A DNA stretch of 24,276 bases from Armatimonadota bacterium. Its GTDB lineage: Bacteria; Armatimonadota; UBA10988. The stretch covers positions 1 through 24,276 of the forward strand of contig JACRKZ010000025.1 of the NCBI GenBank assembly GCA_016235455.1, read 5' to 3'. The notes under the pieces were generated by a model. It was not told the origin of the DNA. It made no database searches and was given only the letters and a program-made list of their open reading frames with translations. A program made the translations under genes and the position numbers. Shown piece by piece: positions 23,712-24,276 of this stretch (position 1 is its first letter; each line of letters starts with the position of its first letter).

Positions 23712-24276
23712 GGTTGGGGCACTCCCAGCGGCGCGGCCGGCCCGGCCGGGTTGGCCGGCACGGTCTGGGTTGCGCGCGGCAACGCGAACACACGGAGATC
23801 GCGGAAGCAGGCCACGACGCCGTTCTCGGCGTGCAGGCCAATCGAGCCAGCACTCAGGCTGTCGTCCTGGACGATGCCCAACTGGTGGTCGTTGGCGCCG
23901 TAGCGGATGACCGGGCCATCCAGCGTCACCTGCAGTTCGTTGCCCAGGTCGCCGCCGCGCAGCCAGGTCACCGACCCGGAATCGAGCACGGTGTACTGGC
24001 CTTCGACGCACTTGCCCAGGAAGTACTTGCCGGCACCGTTGATCAGGAAGAAGTAGAAGCTGGTGGCCGCCTTATTGGCGCGGAAGGCCAGGCCCATGCC
24101 AGCCTGCACCGGCCCGATGACCGGCCGTGCGCGCAAACTGAGCACGCCGTCAGCCAAGTCGGTCGGCTGGTTGCGCAGCGTGGTGCGGCTACCCCGGTCG
24201 GGCGCCTTGACCACGTAGCCGCCCTCCTCATAGCCGTGGAAGCCGTCGCTCGGCCAGCCACCGGCGCCGTCGTTCG
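23708..24276 (-). CDS. DUF1080-like / concanavalin-fold domain protein (start lies beyond window edge)
   Basis: The frame stays open to the edge (NDGAGGWPSDGFHGYEEGGYVV...). GMGLAFR, FYFFLINGAGKY, NELQVTLDGPVIRYGAND and SAGSIGL..FRDLRV match the DUF1080-like pattern. Confidence 0.65.
   Translation of the reverse strand, partial: NDGAGGWPSDGFHGYEEGGYVVKAPDRGSRTTLRNQPTDLADGVLSLRARPVIGPVQAGMGLAFRANKAATSFYFFLINGAGKYFLGKCVEGQYTVLDSGSVTWLRGGDLGNELQVTLDGPVIRYGANDHQLGIVQDDSLSAGSIGLHAENGVVACFRDLRVFALPRATQTVPANPAGPAAPLGVPQP

Noticed and set aside
1-24276. Defence island, prophage or mobile element
   Set aside because: No integrase, transposase, phage or defence motifs were seen; RuvX is a housekeeping YqgF next to trmFO, and composition looks uniform by eye.

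Overview
GC-rich bacterial chromosomal window (roughly 70% GC by eye) holding 17 protein-coding regions, with no rRNA, tRNA, CRISPR array or transposase. The lineage cannot be fixed from sequence; a secretin-like gene implies a diderm, and the gene style is compatible with Armatimonadota (inference). From 1 to 17.6 kb, secreted multidomain glycoside hydrolases dominate: GH71/99-like+LamG (5'-truncated), clan GH-A (GH39/GH5-like) with an inserted domain, CBM9-like+GH31, LamG+CBM+GH39-like, and a GH29 fucosidase. A DegT/AHBA-synthase-like aminotransferase and an OFA-family MFS transporter sit inside this cluster, and a minus-strand LysM-SH3-NlpC/P60 plus secretin-like pair interrupts it. From 17.8 to 21.3 kb lie an acidic chaperone-fold protein, ThuA, ruvX, trmFO and a LecA/PA-IL-like protein. 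From 21.3 kb to the end are three minus-strand genes: a lipoprotein with an in-frame TAG inside its lipobox and a perfect 57-bp tandem duplication, an M28/glutaminyl-cyclase-like lipoprotein, and a DUF1080-like protein running off the edge. Most worth follow-up: the interrupted lipoprotein, the domain inserted in the GH-A barrel, the aminotransferase coupled to two glycosidases, the orphan secretin-like gene, the LecA-like protein and two perfect 17-18 bp hairpins. Family calls come from motif recognition by eye, not database searches.
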